Positions 51,901 through 60,921 of a stretch of DNA of 64,000 bases are shown one piece after another (position 1 is the first letter of the stretch; each line of letters opens with the position of its first letter). The notes beneath the pieces were generated by a model. That model did not search any database and was not told the DNA's origin. It worked only from the letters and a program-made list of their open reading frames with translations. A program made the translations under genes and the position numbers. Source of the DNA: an uncultured Trueperaceae bacterium (GTDB lineage: Bacteria > Deinococcota > Deinococci > Deinococcales > Trueperaceae). The DNA lies in NCBI GenBank assembly GCA_963799485.1, contig CAWCXJ010000008.1, positions 64,001-128,000 on the forward strand, given 5' to 3'.

Positions 51901-52120
51901 AGCCCTGCAAAAGCCGCAACTGGCGCGCTACCACGCGGCGCTGCTCCGCCGTTTCGGGGAGCTTGCCGAACACCTGGGGGTTCCGCCTAGCGCCGCTGCC
52001 CTTGGTTTCGGCGACGCGTCCCTGCCGAATACCCTCCGCCCCGCCGACGCACTTGTTTTGCGGCTCCGGCAGCAGCGCCGGGGTGCGCCCGCCGAACTCG
52101 CAGAAAAAGCCCGGCGGTGA
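48953..52120 (+). CDS. Large uncharacterised protein: N-terminal helical domain + P-loop NTPase + TPR-like repeats (STAND-like)
   Basis: 1055-aa ORF; LLVTGRPGSGKT Walker A; long Ala/Leu-rich TPR-like C-terminal half. Confidence 0.75.
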   Translation: MRGSEESPWRSLFETVRGALHNRRDEQGVVGSINWLRQGMKERGANPNVVRNIIYRDKGKLADKRVLFSLLSELWESTGRAPLEAPEIELLLSSSPDEGEAQLLGRDKRRVYSGFVGAVRAGKQPKLLVTGRPGSGKTLLNDAVQRALERPARGSLQDTLQGASQVAPAVVRQEFSALNLGDALLHLSLALGVTAEAFEAKLVKVGVAGAYAVQADAQADVARVVWERLRGRRDPLVLLLHVSQTAGGAPGTLGDVPLRLSTPDVPRVGLTEWLWHTLLEPLSRLNHVSLLVSMTEVPLTLAGRTGAFEGPVKLSPPTTAEAQRFVRARAPHLSDAQQEALVGRAKRSFEDLRTLTLLAEAREPLDESRHAEQLGQLVSRGSGRLRDFLEVLAVLSLPEFPAVTQAALETLRSAEPRSLSSLELAFLDAMPGEPGLWRPFSRQFSRTLRNRLRAADLARFRSLSRAASRLYEEDARRAPRSEAAARYVHHLFAARDWRELLAWAEHAPVPQSLLQRLWRAAQRELGDPATLGAVALRVASYYVRLGSPEHPDALVSLEVLAASGDPKLRAWTRVRRAESALLEGRYGEAEALLGGWQDVGDPGLALEVTLLRANLARWRSHLADAAELARRSAEALSRMDASDNAADPVLAVRVGLWLGIVAKDEGALEGALEHFRRVFDHVATGDELLRARIRFQEADVLFSLGHLRDAHAALTDAVNLSYQGEAPAFERARYLARRGTLQRRLGDLGAAHADFAAAYAALASTQTAPVRLGFEYAKVQDEEALNLLACGRADEAIISLQENLETFAAYGEHYGVDPSFRTLRGTLRLALAYGCRALGQCYRLPLGLYPEPVAADLQRARGLVGVVQGALAGEPGRYAGLVTQAQLAASLLLAPEDAVKQAEAALSSARYPYGRGQAGAHLAGALLRRHDPAGARALSYAAQHDLQAAATDDDALYAYLAVLDAAAHLCLGDPGSAHERIFGALQKPQLARYHAALLRRFGELAEHLGVPPSAAALGFGDASLPNTLRPADALVLRLRQQRRGAPAELAEKARR

Positions 52121-53283
52121 GCCGAATAGACCCCACTTGCGCGTTTGTTTACGCACCCGAACTGGGCGACTATGAGCTCTCTGCCGAACATCCTTTCAAA
52201 CCCGCTCGGCTCGAGCTGACCCGGACGCTGCTGGAAGCGTGTGGTCTGCTCGGTACGGAAAGTATCGTCGCGCCCGAACCGTTTACCGAAGCGCAGCTCT
52301 TGACGCTCCACGACCCCGCGTTCGTCGCGGCGGTCAAGGCGGCCTCGAGCGGTGAACGGGTTGAAAACGCGCTTCACTACGGTCTCGGTACCCCCGACAA
52401 CCCGGTTTCTCCAGGGCTACACGACGCGATTTTGCGAATTTGCGGCGCGTCGCTGACGGCGGTGCGGCTCGTCGCGTCGGGGCGTTTTACGCGCGCCGTC
52501 AACTTTTCCGGCGGGCTGCACCACGCAGGTCAGGCCAAGATGTCGGGGTTTTGCACCTATAACGACGTGGCGTTAGCCGTTCACGAAGCCGTGACCCGTT
52601 ATGGCCTCCGCGTCGCCTATATCGACTTAGACGCCCACCACGGCGACGGGGTACAAGAGCTTTTCTACACGTCAGCCGAGGTGCTGACCATCAGTGTCCA
52701 CGAGTCGGGGCGCTATTTGTTTCCCGGTACCGGCTTTACCTACGAAGTCGGGCAGGGGGCGGGGCGGGGGCTTAGTGTCAATGTGCCGCTCGAGCCCTTT
52801 ACCGAATCGGCGTCGTATCTAGAAGCGCTGGAAGCTGTTTTGCCGAAAGCACTAGAGGCGTTTCAGCCCGGCCTGATCGTCCTCCAAGCCGGGGCCGACA
52901 TGCACCGCTACGACCCCTTGACCGACCTTCATCTGAGCGTTCAAGGTATCGCCGAGAGTTACGCGCTGGTGAGCGATTTAGCCGACACCTTTTGCGGCGG
53001 GCGGCTCGTGGCGACCGGCGGCGGCGGTTACGACCCCTACCGAACGGTGCCGCGCGTCTGGGCGCGCTTGTGGTGTGCACTGAGCAGTCAGAATGCGCCC
53101 GCGAGTATTCCGGCAAGGTGGCGTGAAGCGTGGGAAGACGCCCTTGGCGTGACGCTGCCCGAAACCTTTGCCGACGACACCGACGCCTGGCCCGAAAGCC
53201 CGAGGCGCGCCCAAATCGAGGCGGCGAACCGCCACACCGTGCGTAAACTCCTGGCGTCGTTGGGCCCCATCTGGTCAGGTTAA
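52117..53283 (+). CDS. acuC: Histone-deacetylase family protein (AcuC-like)
   Basis: HPFKPARL, GGLHHA, SGFCTYND, DLDAHHGDG, SVHESGRYLFPGTG, GGGGY; GTGA overlap with the upstream ORF. Confidence 0.92.
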   Translation: MSRIDPTCAFVYAPELGDYELSAEHPFKPARLELTRTLLEACGLLGTESIVAPEPFTEAQLLTLHDPAFVAAVKAASSGERVENALHYGLGTPDNPVSPGLHDAILRICGASLTAVRLVASGRFTRAVNFSGGLHHAGQAKMSGFCTYNDVALAVHEAVTRYGLRVAYIDLDAHHGDGVQELFYTSAEVLTISVHESGRYLFPGTGFTYEVGQGAGRGLSVNVPLEPFTESASYLEALEAVLPKALEAFQPGLIVLQAGADMHRYDPLTDLHLSVQGIAESYALVSDLADTFCGGRLVATGGGGYDPYRTVPRVWARLWCALSSQNAPASIPARWREAWEDALGVTLPETFADDTDAWPESPRRAQIEAANRHTVRKLLASLGPIWSG

Positions 53284-53290
53284 ACGGGTA

Positions 53291-54085
53291 TCAGGTCACC
53301 ACGTTGAGCCAGCCGCCATCGACGTAATACGTTGAACCGACCGAGTAACTCGCCCGCTCCGAACACAAAAAGACGAAAAAGTTCGCCAGCTCCTCGGCCG
53401 TGCCGAAACGTCCGATAGGCGCATTTGTCTGGGCAATCCCTTCTAAATATTCCTGCCACGTCACGTCTTTGCCTTCGGTCAAAAGTTTCGCCGTCTTTTC
53501 CCAGTCGGGCGTTTGAATGAGGCCGGGATTTACGGTGTTGACGCGAATCCCGTCTCCGATGAGTTCATTAGCGAGGCATTTGGAGAACATCGCCAGCGCC
53601 GCCTTCGAGACGTTATAGATGGGTTCGTAACCGAGCGGTTGCGACGCGCAGATCGACGCGTTATTCAGAATCACCCCGCCGCCGCGTTCACGCATCGCCG
53701 GGACGAACGCCTTTGAAAGCCGCACCGCCGCCATCAGGTGCAGGTCGAGGTAATACTGCCATTTCGCGTCGTCGGCCTCCATGATAGTCTCTTCGCTGCC
53801 GGTGCCGGCGTTATTGATTAAAATATCTGCGCCGCCGAAGGTTTCTAAAACCCTTTGTGCAAACTGTGTTACGTCGTCCGCGCGGCTCACGTCCGCCACG
53901 ACGCCGAGCGTTTCGACGCCGTAAGTTTCCCCCAGCCGCGCCGCTTCACGCGTGACCCGCGCCTCGTCCCTGGCACAAAGCGCCAGCTTGACGCCCTCTT
54001 GCGCCAACCCTTCGGCGACTGCCAAGCCGATACCGACGCTGCCCCCCGTAATCACCGCCACCTTACCGCCAAGTCCTAAATCCAT
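53291..54085 (-). CDS. SDR family oxidoreductase
   Basis: TGGSVGIG, NNAG, YNVSK, VDGG. Confidence 0.9.
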   Translation of the reverse strand: MDLGLGGKVAVITGGSVGIGLAVAEGLAQEGVKLALCARDEARVTREAARLGETYGVETLGVVADVSRADDVTQFAQRVLETFGGADILINNAGTGSEETIMEADDAKWQYYLDLHLMAAVRLSKAFVPAMRERGGGVILNNASICASQPLGYEPIYNVSKAALAMFSKCLANELIGDGIRVNTVNPGLIQTPDWEKTAKLLTEGKDVTWQEYLEGIAQTNAPIGRFGTAEELANFFVFLCSERASYSVGSTYYVDGGWLNVVT

Positions 54086-54318
54086 CGTTTCTCCTTACCC
54101 TGCTGAGATGCCCTTATCTTGTCATATACGCCCGCACGTGCCCACGCGTTCGCTGCAATTTAGCCGTCGCCACCTCGAGACCTTTTTCGCCGCTACGCCG
54201 CTATCCTGCTGAAGGTGGTCTTGTTTGGGTTCAGCCGGCGTTGGGGACGGCAACGAAAATGCTGGAGATGAGCTGTATCCCGCAAAAAGTGATGGGGTGG
54301 CGCTGTTGCCAACTCGAG

Positions 54319-54825
54319 CTAAACGAGCGCGTCCAACCAGCGTTCATCCCAGCTAAAGAGCGGGTCATCTCCTGCGGTGAAGCTAAAAAGTGCTTTGGGG
54401 TAGCGGTTTAATAATCTGGCGTCCGGGAGTTCGTCGGGCGCTACATAACGAAGCTCTAACGACTCACCGTCGCGCGCCTCCAACTTTCCACCGACCACGC
54501 GGCACAAAAAGACCGCGTTGAATATTTGAAGTCGGTCACCGTTCGGATAGGTATGAAAAAAATCTGCGCCACCAAAAATACCCGCAAGCTTGTGCGGAAC
54601 GACCTTGAGCCCGGTTTCTTCCCAGACTTCACGTACAAGCGCTGTCGCAGGATGTTCACCCGGGTCAACCGCGCCTGCCGGAAGGCTCCAGCTGCCGTCA
54701 TCACTGCGCCGTTGTAACAGAATACGTCCCACTTCGTCGTAGACAAGCGCCGCAACCCCGGGATTAAGCAGCAGATCGTGACCGATACGCGCCCGTAAAT
54801 CTTTGATGTACTCGGATACCGGCAT
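54319..54825 (-). CDS. NUDIX hydrolase
   Basis: Nudix box [27 protein letters not shown]. Confidence 0.9.
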   Translation of the reverse strand: MPVSEYIKDLRARIGHDLLLNPGVAALVYDEVGRILLQRRSDDGSWSLPAGAVDPGEHPATALVREVWEETGLKVVPHKLAGIFGGADFFHTYPNGDRLQIFNAVFLCRVVGGKLEARDGESLELRYVAPDELPDARLLNRYPKALFSFTAGDDPLFSWDERWLDALV

Positions 54826-55783
54826 CAGCTGCGGGTCAGCTCACGCTGCTCTTGTTCAAACCACGTCCAAAACCGCTGGCTATACCTTCACGAATCGACA
54901 CTCTGGGTTCAAACCCCAGCAGCTTTTGCGCCTTGCTGATGTCGGCGTAGGTCACGTAGACGTCGGCGGCGAGTTTGGGCGCTGGCTCGAGCTTCGCCTC
55001 TTTACCCGAAACCGCCTCCATCGCGGCGATAAAGTCCGCCAGGGATTGCGGTTCACCACGCCCGATATTCAAAATCTCGTACCCGAGCGGTTTGTCTAAA
55101 GCCAGCACCACCCCCGACACGATGTCGTCGACAAACGTCCAGTCGCGGCGCATGTCACCTTCGTAAAGTGGAATGGTCTTGCCGTAAAAGAGGCTTTCGG
55201 CTAACAGCCCCGGCATCATGTCGGGCCGACCACGCGGGCCGTAAACGGTAAAAAAGCGGGTTGCCGAGAAATTCAGGCCGTAGAGTTTGTGGTAGGTAAA
55301 CCCCAAAAGTTCAGCGGCGCGTTTGGCGGCGGCGTAGGGTTGCGGCGGCGCTAGACACGGGTCGGTTTCCCGAAACGGAATGTCGGGCGTGTCGCCGTAA
55401 ATCGACGAGGTTGAGGCAAAAACAAAGTTCTGCACGCCGAATTCACGCGCCGCGTCCATCAGCACTTGCGTTCCGCCCAGATTGACGTCCATATAAAGCG
55501 CCGGGTTTGCCACCGAGTTGCGAACCCCCGCCATCGCCGCGATGTGAGCTACGGCGCTAAAACGGTGTTCCTCAAAGAGCGAAAACATCTTTTTACGGTC
55601 ACGGATGTCAGCTTCTACGAGCGTTGTCCCGGACTGCCTGACCGCCTCGGCGTTACGGCGTTTGCGCGCCGGGTCGTAGTAGTCGCTGAAGTTGTCCACC
55701 CCGACAACGCTGTCGCCGCGCCGCGCCAACCGCTCGGCTAAATGACTTCCGATAAACCCTGCTGCGCCTGTGACGAGAATCAT
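54825..55783 (-). CDS. NAD-dependent epimerase/dehydratase (UDP-glucuronate 4-epimerase-like); apparent frameshift at ~54880
   Basis: [38 protein letters not shown]; alternative-frame end [17 protein letters not shown] overlaps the NUDIX ATG (TGATG). Confidence 0.85.
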
Positions 55784-55982
55784 AAACTCACTCCTGCGCC
55801 AAGTCTAACGTGAGCTGAGGGCAGGTTACAGCATACCTGCACAGCCTGTTCCCTGATTTTGGGCGAGTGACCGGGCATAGAGTCGGCGCGTCGCCTTGCC
55901 TGACCAGGTGCGTTGGTGCTTTTTGTGCACCTCAAACTTTCCTGAAAAAGTCGGCGTTGCTTCGACGCCGGACGCTGGGTGT

Positions 55983-56047
55983 CGAAAGGTAAACGCACCA
56001 AAACATAACCGCACCGAAAGGCAAACTGCACCGAAAGGAAAACTCGG
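55983..56047 (+). repeat. Degenerate 16-17 bp tandem repeat (4 units) upstream of sbcD
   Basis: cgaaaggtaaacgcac / caaaacataaccgcac / cgaaaggcaaactgcac / cgaaaggaaaactcgg. Confidence 0.7.
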
Positions 56048-56141
56048 CAACGTACCGGCGTCTACGGGTTCCCGGTCTTCACCGTAAAAAATGGCATTTT
56101 TAACGCACCGCTCGGTGACCCTTGCACGGTAAGGTAAGGGG

Positions 56142-57329
56142 GTGAAAATCCTCCACACCGCCGACTGGCACGCCGGGCGGGTGTTGCACGGTCAACCCCG
56201 CACCCCTGAAATCCGCGCCGTGTTGCGTGAAATCGCCGAGTTAGCCAAAACCGAAGCGGTTGACCTCGTACTGGTCGCCGGCGATCTTTACGATACCCGT
56301 AATCCCGGCGCTGAAGCTGAAACCGCCGTTTACGAATTTTTCAAAACGTTGGGCGACGCCCACATTCCAAGCGTGGTCATTGCCGGCAATCACGACGCCC
56401 CGGGAAGGCTTGAGGCCGCCGCCGGACTCCTCGGTCTGGCAGGTGTTTACGTCGTTGGTGAACCCAAAGTCGCCCAGCGTGGCGGGGTGTTTACGCTCCA
56501 ACTCGGCGGCGAAACCGCCCGGATTGCGGCGCTGCCGTTCGTTTCGGAGCGGCGTATCGTCAAGGTGCATGAACTCTTGGGCAGCGACCCCGGCGCGTGG
56601 CGTGAGGGCTACCGCGAGGGGATGCGGAAACTGATCAACAACCTCACCGCCCCTTTCAAAAACGACGCCGTAAACCTCTTGATGATGCACACGACCACCG
56701 AAGGGGCCAAACTCGCACACTCCGAATACGAGTTTCACTGCAGCGATACGTATACGCTGGCCCCCGATTTGTTCCCCGAAACGTGCAACTACGTCGCGCT
56801 CGGACACATCCATATGCCGCAAAAGGTGCAGGGTTTGCCGGAAAATGCCGGTCGTTACGCGGGCTCAGTAGTGCAACTCGATTTTGGCGAACAGGGCGAT
56901 ACCAAATATGTGTACATCTTGGAGGCTCGAGCAGGCAAACCCACGCAGGTCGTAAAAGAACACGCGGTTCAAGGCGGCAAACGCCTTAAACGTATCAGCG
57001 CGTCGCGCGACGAGTTAGACCGGAAGCTGAGCGAGCTCGAGTGGGACGGCTGGCTCAAACTTTCCATCAAATTGGAGCGGCCCGACCCCGGCCTCAAAGA
57101 CCGGCTTAAACGCGATTATCCGAACATTCTGGTTGTCGAGCAGCTTTTGCCCGAACGTGAACGACCGCTCGAGCGCGGCAGCGACCAACGCAACCTGACC
57201 CTCGTAGACGCCTACGCGCAGTTTTACGGCGATGAACGCGCGACAGCGCTGCCCGACGACTTGCGGCGCGCGTTTAGCGAGCTGTACGAGCAGGCGCAAC
57301 CTCTAGCCGATGAACCCGCCCCGGTATGA
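56142..57329 (+). CDS. sbcD: Exonuclease SbcCD subunit D (Mre11-like)
   Basis: ILHTADWHAG, AGDLYD, AGNHD, YVALGHIH, YAGS. Confidence 0.95.
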   Translation: MKILHTADWHAGRVLHGQPRTPEIRAVLREIAELAKTEAVDLVLVAGDLYDTRNPGAEAETAVYEFFKTLGDAHIPSVVIAGNHDAPGRLEAAAGLLGLAGVYVVGEPKVAQRGGVFTLQLGGETARIAALPFVSERRIVKVHELLGSDPGAWREGYREGMRKLINNLTAPFKNDAVNLLMMHTTTEGAKLAHSEYEFHCSDTYTLAPDLFPETCNYVALGHIHMPQKVQGLPENAGRYAGSVVQLDFGEQGDTKYVYILEARAGKPTQVVKEHAVQGGKRLKRISASRDELDRKLSELEWDGWLKLSIKLERPDPGLKDRLKRDYPNILVVEQLLPERERPLERGSDQRNLTLVDAYAQFYGDERATALPDDLRRAFSELYEQAQPLADEPAPV

Positions 57330-60100
57330 GACCGCTTAAACTTGCCCTCAGCGGGTTTACCTGTTTTCGTGAACCGACCGAAGTCAGTTTTGAAGATTTG
57401 GAGCTGTTCGCCATCTCCGGCATGACGGGTTCAGGCAAATCGACGCTTTTGGACGCTATCACCTACGCGCTTTACGGGCAGACGGCGCGCCTCGGGACGC
57501 GGCTCGGGGACACGCTTTTTAGCCCGAACCTGGACAAACTGAGCGTGCAGCTGACGTTCAGCAGCGGCAGCGAGACCTACCGGGTGGCGCGGGTTTCGGA
57601 GCGTAAAGGGGCGCGCGGCCCGAAAAATGAAACACGCGTTGAGCACCTCGGCCCGGACGCCACCTGGAAACAGCTTTCCGAAAGCGAAAAAATCAAGGAC
57701 GCCGACCGTAAACTCGAGGAAATCGTCGGGTTGACCTATGACAACTTTACCAAAGCCGTCTTGTTGCCGCAGGGCGCGTTCGACAACTTTTTGCACGCCA
57801 AACCCGGTGAACGCACGAACCTCTTGCGCGACCTGCTGGGGTTGTCCGTCACCGCCGAGATGGCAAAACGGGCGGGGGAGAGGGCGCGCGACGCCGGCAC
57901 GCGGGCCAAAGGCCTCGAGGAACGCCTCACGCACGACTACGCGGACGTCACCCCCGAACGGCGGCGCACGTTAAACGCTGAACTCGGGACGCTGAGCGAA
58001 GCACAAACGACCTTGCTGACGGCGCGGCAAACGCTTGCAGAGCGGGTGCAGGCGCTTAAAGCGCTGCAAGCACTCCTCGACGAACAAGCCGAAGTCGCGC
58101 GTGAACTGGCGGCGCTGCAGGCTCGAGAGGATGAGATTGCCCGTGACCGGCGCGTGTTGGCGCAAGCGCAAGATGCGGAGAAGCTCGTGCCTTACCTGAG
58201 CGACCTCGAGGCGCGCCAGCACAAAGTTCAAGACCTGAGCGCGCAGCAAGAACGGGTCAAAAACGAGTTGGCGGGAGCAGAAACAGCACTCGGCAAAGCA
58301 AAAACCGCGTTGGAAACCGCTGAACAAGGCGCACAAACACTTCCTGAACTCGCAGCCCGGACGGAAGGACTTGCCGAGACCCGTCCGCTCCTGACGCTCC
58401 TCAAAAGTCGGGGGGGCTCGCTCAAACTCGCCGACGGTGCAAAAGCATCCTATACCGACGCGGCGTGGGAGGCGGTGCAAGACCGACTCCGGGAGTTGCC
58501 GGAACTCGAGCGCGCCCGTGGCGACGTCACCGATATGCAGATGCGGCGCAATCAGGCGCAAAAAGACAAGGAAGAAATCCAGACCCGGCTCAAAGAGGCG
58601 CAGGCCGCGCTGACGAAACTCACCACCGAGGGCAAGGCCGCAAAAACGCGCCGTGAAAAAGCCGAAGCCGCGTTTGAGGAGGCCGTCCGCGTCGCGCCCG
58701 CTGCTGCGCTGAGGCCACATCTGCACGTCGGCGAGGCGTGCCCGGTCTGCGAACAAACCGTCGCCGCTTTGCCGCCGCCCGTTACGGGCGAGCTCGGCGA
58801 ACTCAAGGCCGCGCGGGACAAGGCGGTTACGCTCCACGAACAGCTTAAAGAGGTCTATACAGAACAGCGCACGACCTCAAAGACGCTCGAGGCCCGGCTC
58901 GAGGGCGTCGCCGAACGCGTCTCCCGCGCCGAAGAAGACCTGGGTCACCGCCTCAAACACCTTGACGAACTCGCTGACAAGCTGGGCGAACGCGAACCCG
59001 CAAGGCTACGCGCGAAACTCACAGCAGCGCAGCGGGCACTTTTGGCAGGCCTTGCCGGAAGCATTCTGGAAAAAACGCAGGGGCTCGACCCCGAGGCGGC
59101 GCACGCGGCGCTGACCAAAGAACGTACCCGGCTGGAGACCGCTTTACGGGGCGCGCAGAGCGCGTTTCACACCGCGCAGCGCAACGTCGACCGCCTGAGC
59201 GCCGAGGCGTTCAGTGTCGGTGAAAGGCTCGGCGAAGCCGTAGACAGCCAAGCCCAAACCGCCAAGGTTTTTGCCGAACTCCTGTCCCGCACGAGTTTTT
59301 CCGGCCCGGACGCGCTGCGCGCCGCCGCGCGCTCTTCTGAGCAGCAGCGGCTACTGACAGACAAAACCGAACGCTACGCCCACGACCTGGAGCAGCTGAC
59401 CCGGCAAGCTGCGGGGCTCGAGCTGCGTTTAGCCGGGAGAACCCTCGAGCCCGGTGCGCTAGACGCCGCCCGCACCGAACAAGCCCAGACCGAAACGCGT
59501 CTGGGTGAGGTGCAGACCCGTTTGGGCGCGCTTAAAGGCGAGCTGGCACGGCTGGCAGAACAGTTGGAAACCGCCAAACGCCTCCGCACCGAACGGGACG
59601 AGCTCGAGAAAACCGCCGCCCTTTACGGCACGCTCGCCCGCGACCTGATGGTCAACCAGTTTCCGGCGTATATGCTGGAGCGTGTTCAGGCCGAACTCGC
59701 GCAGCGCGCCTCGGACATCTTGAAAACCGTGACCGAAGGGCGTTACGACCTCTTCTTTTACGGCGACGAATACGTCGTACTGGACGCGTGGACGGGTTCC
59801 GAACGGAGCGCCCGGACGCTCTCGGGCGGCGAATCGTTTATCACCTCGCTGGCGCTGGCGTTGGCCCTGTCCGACACGCTCGCCGGGAACACGTCTCTGG
59901 GCGCGCTCTTTTTAGACGAAGGGTTCGGCACGCTCGACGCGGAGACGTTGGAGGGCGTGTGTAAAGTATTAGAGTCTTTGACCGCACACGGGCGCATGGT
60001 CGGCGTCATCACGCACGTCGCGGCACTGACCGAACGCTTGCCGGACAGACTCGTGGTGCGTAAAGGGCCGGAAGGGTCGGTAGTGACGTGGGAGATGTGA
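57326..60100 (+). CDS. sbcC: Exonuclease SbcCD subunit C (Rad50/SMC-like)
   Basis: GMTGSGKSTLLDAITYALYG, LPQGAF, coiled coil with CPVC zinc hook, LSGGESF, FLDEGFGTLD. Confidence 0.95.
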   Translation: MRPLKLALSGFTCFREPTEVSFEDLELFAISGMTGSGKSTLLDAITYALYGQTARLGTRLGDTLFSPNLDKLSVQLTFSSGSETYRVARVSERKGARGPKNETRVEHLGPDATWKQLSESEKIKDADRKLEEIVGLTYDNFTKAVLLPQGAFDNFLHAKPGERTNLLRDLLGLSVTAEMAKRAGERARDAGTRAKGLEERLTHDYADVTPERRRTLNAELGTLSEAQTTLLTARQTLAERVQALKALQALLDEQAEVARELAALQAREDEIARDRRVLAQAQDAEKLVPYLSDLEARQHKVQDLSAQQERVKNELAGAETALGKAKTALETAEQGAQTLPELAARTEGLAETRPLLTLLKSRGGSLKLADGAKASYTDAAWEAVQDRLRELPELERARGDVTDMQMRRNQAQKDKEEIQTRLKEAQAALTKLTTEGKAAKTRREKAEAAFEEAVRVAPAAALRPHLHVGEACPVCEQTVAALPPPVTGELGELKAARDKAVTLHEQLKEVYTEQRTTSKTLEARLEGVAERVSRAEEDLGHRLKHLDELADKLGEREPARLRAKLTAAQRALLAGLAGSILEKTQGLDPEAAHAALTKERTRLETALRGAQSAFHTAQRNVDRLSAEAFSVGERLGEAVDSQAQTAKVFAELLSRTSFSGPDALRAAARSSEQQRLLTDKTERYAHDLEQLTRQAAGLELRLAGRTLEPGALDAARTEQAQTETRLGEVQTRLGALKGELARLAEQLETAKRLRTERDELEKTAALYGTLARDLMVNQFPAYMLERVQAELAQRASDILKTVTEGRYDLFFYGDEYVVLDAWTGSERSARTLSGGESFITSLALALALSDTLAGNTSLGALFLDEGFGTLDAETLEGVCKVLESLTAHGRMVGVITHVAALTERLPDRLVVRKGPEGSVVTWEM

Positions 60101-60921
60101 GCGAGCAGTTACTCCAGAATTTGGTCGAACTATTTTCCGAGTTACCGCAGGTTGACGCGGTGACGCTCGGCGGCTCGAGGTCGGGCGCACACGCCGACGC
60201 CTTAGCTGATTTCGATGTTTACGTCTGCACGGGCGACACTATTGCGTTAGAAACGCGCCGGAACATCGTAAAAGAGTTGGGCGGCGCGTCCAGGGCTGAT
60301 TTGGGTCACGACTATTTCGGTGGCGGGGACGAATGGCTCGACGCCGCGACGGGCAGACATTTCGACGTGATGTATTTCGGGCTCGAGTTTTTCCTTGAAC
60401 AGCTCGAGCGCCCGCTCGTGCGCTACCAGCCGAGCTTGGGTTATAGCACTGCGTTTGCCTACACGGTGAGCCGAGCAGAAATCCTGTACGACCCCGCAGG
60501 CCGATTTGCCGCGCTTCAGGCTATAACTAGAGCGCCGTATCCCGACGCTTTGCGTGAGAACGTCGTGCGTTACAACCACCCGATCTTACGGAGTACCATT
60601 TCGTCGTACTCCGCGCAGCTCAAGAAAGCCGTACAGCGGGACGACCTTGTAAGCATCAATCACCATTTGGCAGCGCTGATGGCGAGCTATTTCGACATTC
60701 TTTTTGCCGTAAACCGGGCGCTGCATCCGGGAGAAAAAAGGCTCGTGCAGCTTGCCGGTGAGCTGCCGAGCTTACCCGAAAACTTCGCGCAGGACGTGAC
60801 CGAAACGCTTTCTGCGTCGGGGACTGGACTTCTAGGCGCTTTAACTCGCCAGTTGGACGCGCTCGAGGTGTGGCTGGTGCGTGAAGGATTCGCTACATTA
60901 CGACCTGCCCAGCATGCTTAA
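60097..60921 (+). CDS. Pol-beta-like nucleotidyltransferase-domain protein (DUF4037-like)
   Basis: LGGSRSG..ADALADFDVYV (GS..DxD), HPGEKR; GTGA overlap with the sbcC stop. Confidence 0.75.
   Translation: MSEQLLQNLVELFSELPQVDAVTLGGSRSGAHADALADFDVYVCTGDTIALETRRNIVKELGGASRADLGHDYFGGGDEWLDAATGRHFDVMYFGLEFFLEQLERPLVRYQPSLGYSTAFAYTVSRAEILYDPAGRFAALQAITRAPYPDALRENVVRYNHPILRSTISSYSAQLKKAVQRDDLVSINHHLAALMASYFDILFAVNRALHPGEKRLVQLAGELPSLPENFAQDVTETLSASGTGLLGALTRQLDALEVWLVREGFATLRPAQHA

Noticed and set aside
55992..56008. Deinococcal RDRM (DdrO) box upstream of sbcD
   Set aside because: Only the right half (AACATAA) matches; the left half is not palindromic, and it lies within the tandem repeat.
55983..56047. 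c-di-GMP-I (GEMM) riboswitch or mini-CRISPR
   Set aside because: GGCAAAC..GAAA resembles GEMM P1, but the GACGCAAA/P2 part is missing. The units are 16-17 bp with no spacers, and there are no cas genes.
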